DNA from: Octopus bimaculoides
Taxonomy: Eukaryota
Length of the DNA: 33,000 nt
Direction of reading: 5' to 3'
NCBI RefSeq assembly: GCF_001194135.2
Contig: NC_068984.1
Location: 31,642,405-31,675,404, forward strand
This document shows positions 23,518 through 33,000 of this stretch, piece after piece. Position 1 is the stretch's first letter. Every line of letters starts with the position of its first letter. The notes under the pieces are model-generated. The model did not search any database. It worked only from the letters and a program-made list of their open reading frames with translations, and had not been told where the DNA came from. Both the position numbers and the translations under genes were made by a program.

Positions 23518-24694
23518 TGTATGTATGTATGTATGTGCCCAAATGCATATTTATACGTTTATAATATAGCAAAGCATTTGAACGTGAATATGTGTGTGCG
23601 AGTGTATATGTGACGTATGTGATGTAAATGTCTGCGTGTGTGTTTCTATGTGCGTGTGAGTGTACGCGTGTGTGTGCTCGCGCGTGTGTGTGTGCTCGCG
23701 CGTGTGCGTGTATGTAGCTGAAGCATTATTACTTAGATACATATATAAGTATGTAGATGTGTGAGAGCAGAAGCAAGTAGTTGAGGAATGAGATAAAGAA
23801 ATCAAATCAGTTTTATCTGTATCACGCAACACACAGATTGCTTTGTCTTCTCTTGATAGTCCTAGAATTTGGATTGTGAAATTGATGAAGTTAATAGCAG
23901 AGCTTAATGTAGATTCCTCATGGAAAATACTGATCTTCTTGAAATTAGGGTACGCTTTATACACGCTATACCTAATGTGTTGAACAAAATACAGATCGTA
24001 TCTCTCTTTTTCTAAATATACACACACAAATTACTATGCGTGCTTATCTATGAGTATAATCGCACACACACACTCACACGTTTATATGTATATATACACA
24101 CACACATTTATATAAATGGAGAGAGAGGGCGAGGGGGGAAGAAATGATAAAGCTACATATAATGTATATAGCATGTGTGTGTTCGTTTAGGTTTCTGCGT
24201 GTCAAACGAGTCAAATTTCTAGCATAAATAACGGTGGATTGCTAAAATGTTTATTTTCTATGAAAGCAGAGAAAATTTGAGTGTTAATATATGCCTGTGT
24301 GTATAAAAAAGTATCTTTGCATATATGTCTCCAGCACCATACCCTTGTACTGCTTTACTTCTGACCTTGTAGCAGTGCAGCCTCCCCTTCCTTTCATCAT
24401 TCCCTAACCTATGATCGTAACAATTACACTATGTGTGGTTGCTTGATATATTGTACCTGTCTACGTTCCTGTTTTGCCTCACCCTGTTAACTTAGTGTCT
24501 GCTATTGTGGTTGCTTGAAGAATATATGGAGTATCTTGGGGAACTTTAAATCTGTCGGAGCCGACTTTTCTCCGGGTTTGGAGTTTTGGGAAGAGAGAGA
24601 GAGAGAGAGAGAGGTGGGGGTGAGAGACAGTCAGACTGACAAACAGACAGAGATACAAAGACAAGGAATGAAAAAAACTAAAAGAGAAAACTGA

Positions 24695-24830
24695 AGCAGT
24701 ATTTCACTGGTACGCTCTGGACCCTGAAAGAAATGTAGGTAAAAATTATACTTAGCTGGATTTGGAGTACAAAGAGCCAAAACGAATGCTGTAAAGCATG
24801 TTATCGGATGCTCTGAAGAGTCTATTAATT
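24695..24830 (-). mobile_element. Old SINE fragment related to 27348-27774
   Basis: Minus strand ...cagcattcgttttggctctttgtactccaaatccagctaag...tttctttcagggtcc...gtaccagtgaaatactg parallels the body of the dimeric SINE. Confidence 0.4.
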
Positions 24831-25519
24831 TTCTGCCTTCATAGACACATACACACTTAGAGAGAGAAAGAGAGGAAGAGAAGGAGAGAGAGAGTAGAGG
24901 AGAGAGGAAGACATATTATAAGGACCAGTATGTAACAGAAAATCAACAGGTCATCGGAGAGTGCTCGGTGCTCATATTTATCGTATTTTGGTTCATAACT
25001 TTCCGCGACACAACGACTACAGACTCTGTCTTTTTTTCTCTCTTTCTCTGTCTTTCTCTAGTTCTGTCGTTCTCTATGAATTAGATTTTAAATGTTTTAT
25101 TGTCATACAATATTTCTTCTTCCACAATAAATATTACGTTTATCTCAAATATAAATCATAGCTCACTTAGACTCCAGCAGATAAACAACGTCAAACATAA
25201 TCAAGTATCCCATTTCGATTTAATGTCCATGATAAAAATTAAATCCAAGAATATCAAAAATTATAAATTATCGACTGAGACGTAAGTATAAATGATGTAA
25301 GATATGCAGAAATTTAAAAGGAAAGCCTGTAGGCATAACAACGATAATGGATTATATATAAAATTTAGCTTTTATTTACTTCATAACAGAAAACATGGAT
25401 CTTTTATTTGGTTACTGAGATAATGCATTGATAATTGCATGCTACATGGTTTGTGAATATAACTTCGAACATAATTCAGCATGGAATATTGTCTCTATTT
25501 ACAAGATAGTGAAAGCCTA

Positions 25520-27192
25520 TTTTACATAAGTCTATATGTTAGAATGCACGTAGTTATTTATCTATTTCATTATTAGCACTTGGCAATGTTTTGCCACATT
25601 TCAATTTGCAATTTATGCTACGGGAAGCAACTTAATTTTGCATTTGGTACTCCCACATAGAGACATTAATGAACGCTTCTTCTTTTATGTTTTGATGTAC
25701 TATTGATGCAAGTATTAGGTTACGAATGTCTTAAGTTCCTCATCGTAGAATTACTGCAGATAACGGCTACAAGATTGAGACTAGCGCGTGTATTTTTAAA
25801 TAACCAACATTTAGTGCAAACTTTGTGAGATTAAGCACAAGGTTCAGAAGAGTTAGCAGCTCGGAATAAGCAAAAAAAATTGCATAAAAGTTCCCTGCTG
25901 ATCGAGATGATTAGATATTAACTCAGCAATTGGTAATCATAAATTGGCTGAAGAAAGTCTACTGCTTACCATGTATTGGTGAAACACTTCTTAATATTGA
26001 CTTGGAAAGAATTGAATTGCGAGCCAAACAGTCGAGAGAATTGTACTGGTGAAAACTACTGGATATGATAAAATCAAATTTGCTTTAGTCTTTTTACCTG
26101 TAGATCATGTGCAATTAAATAAATCCGCTTCTTGATTTTAAGAGTAAAAAAATACCAAAAAAGTAGTTCGGAAAGGAATTGCTGCACATATTCAATGAAT
26201 GACAAATGATTTTAAAATGAATAATCAAATTTGGGAATTTAAACCTGAATGAAAGAAAAGTGTGTTCATCTGGAATGAGTTTTAGTTCACATGTAAGAAA
26301 GAGTAATATTCCTAATGTCCGATCACTGAGTGTTAATTCCTGGCAGATTAATAAATGTTTTGTTTTCATTAAATGTTCGTATCAATATGCTATTTAAGAA
26401 CATAAGAAGTAGTTGATACTACGCACAGTGGATTAAGCAATTGCTTAGGGAGCTAAGATCTGAAGGCAACACACAAATCTAGACAACATTCATTAATCCA
26501 ACAAAAATCCCGAAACCGTATTAGAAAGGAGAATAGCCAAGATCAATACTGGAAGAATGGGGTGGGTTGTAGGGGAGAGAAGAGAGTCATGCAATGTTAT
26601 AACCTTTCACATGATTCGGTATAAAACTTTATAAACGTTTTGTCAGGAAAGACATTTACTTGGTAGTATGTATTATCAGAAAAACTATATATTTCTATTT
26701 TCTAGTCAGAATATATCAGTGTAAAATAGATTTCTTGTTCGAAAGTTAATTATCACTTTTCGATTGCATATTTCTGCTGGCGTAAAGATAGTGATAACTG
26801 GACAAAAAAAAAAGAAAAAAACTACGTGCATATTGTATGGCTGGAAGAAGGGTGCTTACATGGAGAATGAGGTGAAATAAGTGGATGCGTGATGGAGAAA
26901 ACTCTTACATGAAAGAAGGCAATATGCGGGCTCCATCACTACCGCTGATCTTTGAACGGATCTTTAATTCATGGAAGGAAATAAATCATTCAAGAAATGA
27001 TGAATTTCAATTACATCGGATCGTACAGAAGTCGAATATCTGAGGAATGAAGAAAAGGCAGTAAATGATGTTCAGCTTATAATTAAGGGCAGCGATGACG
27101 AAGAAGATACATACAATTATATCGTTCATCCTTAAGATTATAATGGTTTATTCAGTTCTGAAGATGAACAGTGTGATTTTACTGTATTTTAA
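25520..27192 (+). pseudogene. pogo/Tigger-type transposase relic
   Basis: KKIA*KFPADRDD*IL...CIGETLLNID, VLVKTTGYDKIKFALV (cf. KTTGHEKxRFTVVL), NKWMRDGENSYMKEGNMRAPSL..IFNSWKEI and an acidic tail SDDEED...GLFSSEDEQCDFTVF*. The middle (~26110-26860) is not alignable by eye. Confidence 0.65.
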
Positions 27193-27347
27193 TGAAGTAT
27201 TTGATTTGAAATATATAAAATTTACCATTTGGTTATAATTTAAAGCCATATTTAATTTCCCTTTTACTTTTGTATGTATAAATAAATCTTATAAAATCTT
27301 TTCCCTTCATTTTATTTATTATTTTCTTTTCAATATTTATAACCTTA

Positions 27348-27774
27348 GGCGGCGAGCTGTTAGAAACGTTAGCACGCCGGGAGAAATGCTTAGTGGTATT
27401 TCGTCTGCCGCTACGTTCTGAGTTCAAATTCCGCCGAGGTCGACTTTGTCTTTCATCCTTTTGGGGTCGATAAATTAAGTGCCAGTTACGCACTGGGGTC
27501 GATGTAATCAACTTAATCCCTTTGTCTGTCCTTGTTTGTCCCTTCTGTTTAGCCCCTTGTGGGCAATAAAGAAATAAGAAACGTTAGAATGCCGGGGGAA
27601 ATACTTAGCGGTATTTCGTCTGTCTTTACATTCTGAGTTCAAATTCCGCCGAAGTCGATTTTGCCTTTCATCCTTTCGGGGTTGATAAACTAAGTACCAG
27701 TTGCGTACTGAGGTCGATCTAATTGAATGGCCCCCTCCCCCAAAATTTCGAGCTTTGTGCCTAGAGTAGAAAAG
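27348..27774 (+). mobile_element. Dimeric tRNA-derived SINE (Meta-domain-like body) with 16-bp TSD
   Basis: Two head-to-tail units about 215 bp apart (agaaacgttag at 27362 and 27577), each with gagttcaaattccgccga(g/a)gtcga...tttcatcctt...gataaa. Flanked by a perfect aatatttataacctta at 27332-27347 and 27775-27790. Confidence 0.85.
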
Positions 27775-28505
27775 AATATTTATAACCTTAAATTGCAATG
27801 GATAATCAAATTGTAATTAAATAGGCAGCACTAACATAAAAAATACTTTGGTGAATACAATTTTGACGAAGGGAGTCGATATGGTATCACGTATGCAAGT
27901 CAAACAGAAAGTGTAGATATTCATAACAGCTACATGATCATATTTTCTGAGTAGTGCATGTTTTGGTGTGTATTTTGGATTAATTATTGAAATTATTGGT
28001 ATTATTACAGTAAATAATTGTTATTTTGTTACGGTAAATAGCTGTTATTTTCATTTATTCATTTACAGGTTCGTTTGGAGTTCGCTTACTTATAAAACTT
28101 TGCTTTGGAATGTACCTTAAATTTCAGTCTTTACATAGTACTACCCGGGTAATTGTCAAACCTTGAAATTTAAAGAATTAAAAAGCTGGTCATATTAGTT
28201 AAGAGAGTGAAATTTATGAAGAGATAAAGCGAATAATTTTGTATCTACTTTTTAAAAATCACAAGTTATTTTTAATTTTCTAAAAATTCTGTGGATTTCA
28301 CCGTTCGTGCGCCAAGTCTTATGTGCGTGGATGCACTCGGTATTTTTGGTTTCGATTTTAAAACTTCATTGAGATAAAGGAAAAGAGCTAGTAGAAACAG
28401 AGTTTGAGTGACATCTTTTTAGTATTTAGTTCTTTAGCTTGATTTAGCTATCATGGCTAAGGCCATGTTAGAGAACCGACTTCGTATATATCTATCATAT
28501 TTATA

Positions 28506-29670
28506 TTGGGTTGGCAACTAAGTTCCTGCGTCTTTTTAAATTTTGGAATTTATTGCGTTTTTAAATTTTGGAATCTTTTTTTTCGAGAATACTATTTTAG
28601 AATCATTTTGGAATGTTTTTTTTTTTTCTAGTTAATTTTAGTTAATTTTTGTTTATTTTCAGATCATTAAAATGAAATGTCAAGTTAAGAAAAACGAGCA
28701 TTTTCGACACTTACCTTTTGCTTATAATCAAGGTTCTAAGGCCGCAAAAGCTGCTCGTGACATTTCTGCTGTGTATGGAGAGGGTGCCATAGCTGAAAGA
28801 ACCGCTCGTGATTGGTATGGTAAGTTCAAAAATGGAAATTTTGACCTCAAAGACGCACCTCGTTCTGGCCGTCCAGTTGAATTCGATGAAGAGCTATTAA
28901 ACCTACTTTTGCACAAAAATTCTCATCAAACGACAAGGGAATTGGCAGAGAAAATAGAATGCTCCCACAATGTTATAGAGAAGCATCTTCACTCTGTGGG
29001 AAAGGTTCAGAAGTATGGAGCGTGGGTTCAGCATGTTTTAGGTGACAACAACAAAAATCAACAAGCCACAATCTCCGCTGGTGTGCTTGCTCGTCACCGC
29101 TCAACTCATGGACACAAGCAACGATTTCTTTACCGAATTGTTACTGGCGACGAAAAATAGTGCTTGTACATCACCATGAAGCAGCGTTGGGAATGGCTTA
29201 ACCCCGATAAACAAGTGACACCACGCGTGAAACAAGATCTTCATCCGCGTAAAACGACATTGTGAGTATGGTGGGGCTGGGAAGGGATTATCCATTACGA
29301 ATTGCTTGAACAGAACCAAACGGTCAACGCGGAACTCTATGTTCAACAGATGGAACGACTCAACACGGCTATTCAAGAGAAAAGACCGAACTCTCCTGAT
29401 TTGGCACCAACGGATTTCCACCTCCTTCGATCTCTTTCAAATACTATGCGCGGAGTTTCGTTCAATACTGATGCAAAATTGAGAGCTTGGTTGGATCAAT
29501 TTTTCGAGTGATTTCTACCAACGGGGTATTGAAAATCTTGTTGAACGTTGGGAAGGAGTTGTAAACAACAAGGGTGAATACACTATTGATGAATTAGTTG
29601 TTTTTTTTATTAAACCTTTTACAAAATTTGAATTAAAAAAAAAGACATGAGAACTTAGTTGCCAACCTAA
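28506..29670 (+). mobile_element. Mariner transposon with both TIRs and TA TSD
   Basis: TA+ttgggttggcaactaagttc (28504 onward) and gaacttagttgccaacctaa+TA (to 29672) enclose a transposase pseudogene. Confidence 0.95.
28672..29590 (+). pseudogene. Mariner transposase pseudogene
   Basis: MKCQVKKNEHFRH...PRSGRP...GAWVQH...IVTGDEK*, then VWWGWEG, then RPN/SPDLAPTDFHL. Two in-frame stops, an in-frame deletion removing HDNARPH (second catalytic Asp), and a terminal frameshift before DFYQRGIENLVERWEGVVNNKGEY. Confidence 0.92.
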
Positions 29671-30711
29671 TAGTTTTCTATTGTTGTTTAATCTTAGGTT
29701 AGATTTGATTAAACAGACATATTAATAAAATGCATTCCAACAGTTATGATCTCGTTTTGTTCTTCAGACAAATTTTCTAACATAACATTATCAATTATGT
29801 CACATTTTAAAAGGCGTGCGATTGTGAGTTTGAAGAGAGTTGGATGCTCTTCGTAGCTGGTTCAACAATCACAAAGAAAATTTCTCATAGCGCCAGTCCC
29901 ATCATTTTCTTTTCATGTCTTCAATTGACGATCCTTTAGTTATAGTTGAAAATATTCTAGTCAACTTCATAGAAAAAAAGACTATTAGTGTTATTACAGT
30001 TAAACACGTGTTACTGTAATCGCACACCGATAGTAAATTTTTATTTAATAATCTTTCAAAAGCTACATTAGGCCTGATATTGATCAAGGTTTATTCTAGC
30101 CCTGTTAGCATTCATTTTCAGGAGTTAAAACAAATTACGAAACAGTTAAGCCTTTATATCATAACTGATGAATGATTCATTTATTTTTACAAAATGTAAG
30201 TCACTACACTTCACATTACATTGTGGTACGTTTAAATTCACTCGTACGTTATTTTATGAGAGTTGTGATTAAATATTTTATGCTGTGAAAGGTAAATATT
30301 TACGCTTTTAATGCTTATGCAATATATTAATACAGAAAAAATAAACAGATTTGAATAAAAGACTTATTTGCAAAATTCCTTCGAAGCTTCAATCCAAGTA
30401 ATTTCATGCTTTCAAAATCTCGGGTGACACAGGGTATCTATATTTCGCTTTAAATTGCTCTTTCACTGATAGAAAACCTATTTGAAAGTATCTCTATTAC
30501 TATATTAAGTTATCTTCTTAAATTGTTTGTACTTTTTTTAGTTCAAGAAGCTATATAGCATACATGCACACCGGCTCAGAACAGTTTAAAGTAATGCAAA
30601 TCTGAGGTCGGGATGCAGATATTCTCAAACGGTTTAGATATCACTGCACAATATTCTATATTACTGAATACATTTTTAAAAGATTTATTTTTTCTGTTTG
30701 ATAATCTGCAA

Positions 30712-30761
30712 CTATACTGGCTTCTTCAACTTCCACTCGGGAATAACTTGGTCAATTTTAC
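30712..30761 (-). CDS. Candidate terminal coding exon of an unidentified host gene
   Basis: Long pyrimidine tract cattttcatcatttctcatttcatgcttatttactttattag, then GT AAA ATT GAC CAA GTT ATT CCC GAG TGG AAG TTG AAG AAG CCA GTA TAG (KIDQVIPEWKLKKPV*); AATAAA at 30689-30684. Confidence 0.3.
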
Positions 30762-31143
30762 CTAATAAAGTAAATAAGCATGAAATGAGAAATGATGAAA
30801 ATGTTCGTTTTGTTCATAAGGACATTTCGTACGTAAAATGGTCACACTAGCCTCACAAAATAGTCAGCACCTGTCTAGATTTATGATACAACAGACTATT
30901 TGCAAGTAAAACTGTATGGTACAACTTAATGCAGTCTTTCAAGTGAAAGAGTAGAAGCTGTTTTGATAAAAAGAACTGATGAACCAAGGCATAACATTTC
31001 AAACTGTAGATATAAAATTCTGAAATTAATAGTGAATTAGAGGAATTTTAGTTGTTGCTGTTGTTCAGTACCAGTACTTGATATAATGCTCTTAGCTTAG
31101 TTTTTCCTTGGGGCTGGCCAGATTGGAGCAGTCTCGAGTATAA

Positions 31144-31440
31144 TCAGCCGAAATTGTGAAGATAATCTGGTACTCGACTGAAGAAAGAAAACTTCGAATG
31201 ACCCGTCCTTGTTTTCTTTGTATCGTCTATCTGGACGTTTTGTTGTCCCATTTTTGTATCACCAAACTGTCCGGATGTTTTGCGTTCTTGTGCCATTTTG
31301 TATTTTTTATATATATATATGATGAAGGGGATGTTTCTATGTGGCCTGCTTGTTTGTTGCACCTTGTTTACCATTTTGTCCATGTTCTTTTGCCACGTCA
31401 TGTACCCAGTTATGTATCTATATGTACATGTAGATGAACG
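31144..31440 (+). mobile_element. Microsatellite-partitioned repeat, probably Penelope-like terminal sequence
   Basis: Blocks cagccgaaattgtgaag...ctgaagaaagaaaacttcgaatg and tgatgaaggggatg... separated by (TA)n; the TGATGAAG / CCGAAA words are typical of PLE termini. Confidence 0.4.
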
Positions 31441-31483
31441 TATATACATACATGTACATATATATGCATATACTCTTATATTG

Positions 31484-31526
<43 letters not shown>

Positions 31527-31569
31527 TGAGAATTTACAAAAAAACGAAAGACGAAGACAGATTTCCGAC

Positions 31570-32077
31570 AGTTGTCCTTGTCGTGGTGGAAAAGCTTGTG
31601 TGTTCCAATGATTCTGAGAGCGATACCGTCTGGAGTGTTAGACTCCTGGTACGGTCACCCATGGCGGCAAGTTCGAGGATGAGGTCCCAGACTAAACACG
31701 ACCTAACACCAACATCAAGACCCCAGCGGTAGAGCAAGAGGAGGCGAGCTATCTCAAGCCCCCAAGGATTGATTCCGGCGGAAGAGTGCAATGCATGGCG
31801 GGTAGGCGTGACAAAGCCTCATCTAGACTACACGCCTCAATTGCCATGGATAGGACAGTTGGAGGTCTGCTATCCGCATTGGAGCCAGCTCCTTCAAGCA
31901 GAACAGACAACAGAATGAGGAGGCAAAACGCAGGAGAAGAAAGGAGCATCTTGAATATCCTCAACTTGCACCGACGATCCCGTACGAATTCTGCCCACGT
32001 CCCTTTCACCACCGACTTGGACTCCAAACATTTGCGCACAAACATCAGCCGAGGAGATTGGATGGAAACTGACGAAC
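31570..32077 (+). mobile_element. Bipartite non-autonomous RTE element (5' UTR fused to 3' end)
   Basis: 5' part ccttgtcgtggtggaaaagcttgtgtgttccaatgattctgagagcgataccgtctgg...ggtcacccatggcggcaag...cccagac resembles RTE 5' UTRs. From ~31725 it encodes SGRARGG..., DSWRSAIRIGASSFKQNRQQNEEAKRRRRKE...YEFCPRPFHHRLGL...HKH (RTE C-terminus with a decayed C2H2 finger). Confidence 0.75.
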
Positions 32078-32104
32078 CCAATGTTTGGATAAGAGTTGGA
32101 GCCG

Positions 32105-32262
<158 letters not shown>

Positions 32263-32649
32263 GACGCGCGTAGACACATATATAGTTTTACATAATTACA
32301 GCCATGAATTATGGCTATACTGAGGTTCTACTACTAGTGTGATTCTTAGATTATGTCATTTCATTTCCTTGGCCTTTTCTCTGTGTTTGGTTTTGGCGAA
32401 CGAGGGAGATGCACAACGTCTCCCTTATTTGCGATTCTTGCCGTGATATAGGTTCATATGGTATTTCGTAGAGAAATTTGTCTATATCCAATAATATTCT
32501 GATTTACATTACTGTAAACAATATTTTAACTGCATATGAAATAAAATACCGTTCAATATAACTGCTTTATATTTCCCTTAAGATTTTACTGGGTGTTTAA
32601 CAGTCATTTTTCATTTTTGTTTGTCTACCTCAATTGCATCCATACATAC

Positions 32650-32661
32650 TCTGGCTGATAT
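32650..32661 (-). CDS. Candidate 12-nt microexon
   Basis: Minus strand gtgatttgttatttcttttag/ATATCAGCCAGA/gtatgt: near-consensus acceptor and donor, length divisible by 3, all three frames open. Confidence 0.3.
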
Positions 32662-33000
32662 CTAAAAGAAATAACAAATCACATATTTCCCACTATCTCT
32701 CAGTGTATGTACATATTTACATATACATACGTATATATATACACAGATACTTACACAGATATATGTTGGTGTAGTGTTATTGTAAATATACATATGCACA
32801 TATGAATATCTGTAAGTGTAAATCAATTATTGTAATCTGTTTAATATTTCCTTTAACACAAATTTCATCAGTCAACAGTCAATAAAATATATTTACATAC
32901 TCTTGACAGAAGCTCGACCTAATATTCATCACAGAAGGTCTAAACGTTTCCTTTTGTTTTATATCGATTAATCATTTCACCAATTTTACATACGTAAATA

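Noticed and set aside
23551-24027. 158-aa minus ORF
   Set aside because: About 40% microsatellite-derived; the remainder has no motif or splice support.
28040-28160. Strong plus-strand acceptor (cattacag-like at ~28068) with an open frame
   Set aside because: It sits in repeat-like AT-rich sequence, the peptide is unrecognisable and the donor is ambiguous.
31174-31215. Third hammerhead (ctgaagaaagaaaacttcgaatgacccgtcc)
   Set aside because: CUGAAGA is present, but GAAA is GAAU, helix II is ambiguous and there is no clean NUH/helix I; the fold is not supportable.
32290-32425. Two short hairpins (agccat..atggct; gggagatg..cgtctccc)
   Set aside because: Stems of 6-8 bp are expected by chance, and bacterial-type terminators are irrelevant here.

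Overview
AT-rich, microsatellite-dense eukaryotic DNA with three N gaps (5493-5560, 9984-10300, 23380-23475). The SINE, Penelope-like and mariner content resembles an octopod cephalopod genome; this is inferred from recalled repeat families, not from a search. There is no intact multi-exon gene, rRNA or CRISPR array, and nearly all ORF-track entries are microsatellite or antisense artefacts. The window is mostly decayed transposable elements: tRNA-derived SINEs (one dimer with a perfect 16-bp TSD), two internally deleted mariners, a pogo relic, RTE and RLE-type (R4/Dong-like) LINE fragments, a Penelope RT fragment, a ~30-bp satellite and an old ~1-kb palindrome. The best leads are: (1) two (TA)n-embedded repeats carrying a minimal type-I hammerhead fold with a shared non-canonical core (CUGUYGA); (2) a bipartite RTE element with its 5' UTR fused to its 3' end; (3) a candidate minus-strand gene end made of a 12-nt microexon, a short terminal exon and AATAAA; (4) a candidate CCAAT/TATA promoter with an ATG-only first exon; (5) an in-frame splice acceptor in front of a mariner DNA-binding ORF. 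All family assignments come from motifs recognised by eye and need database confirmation.
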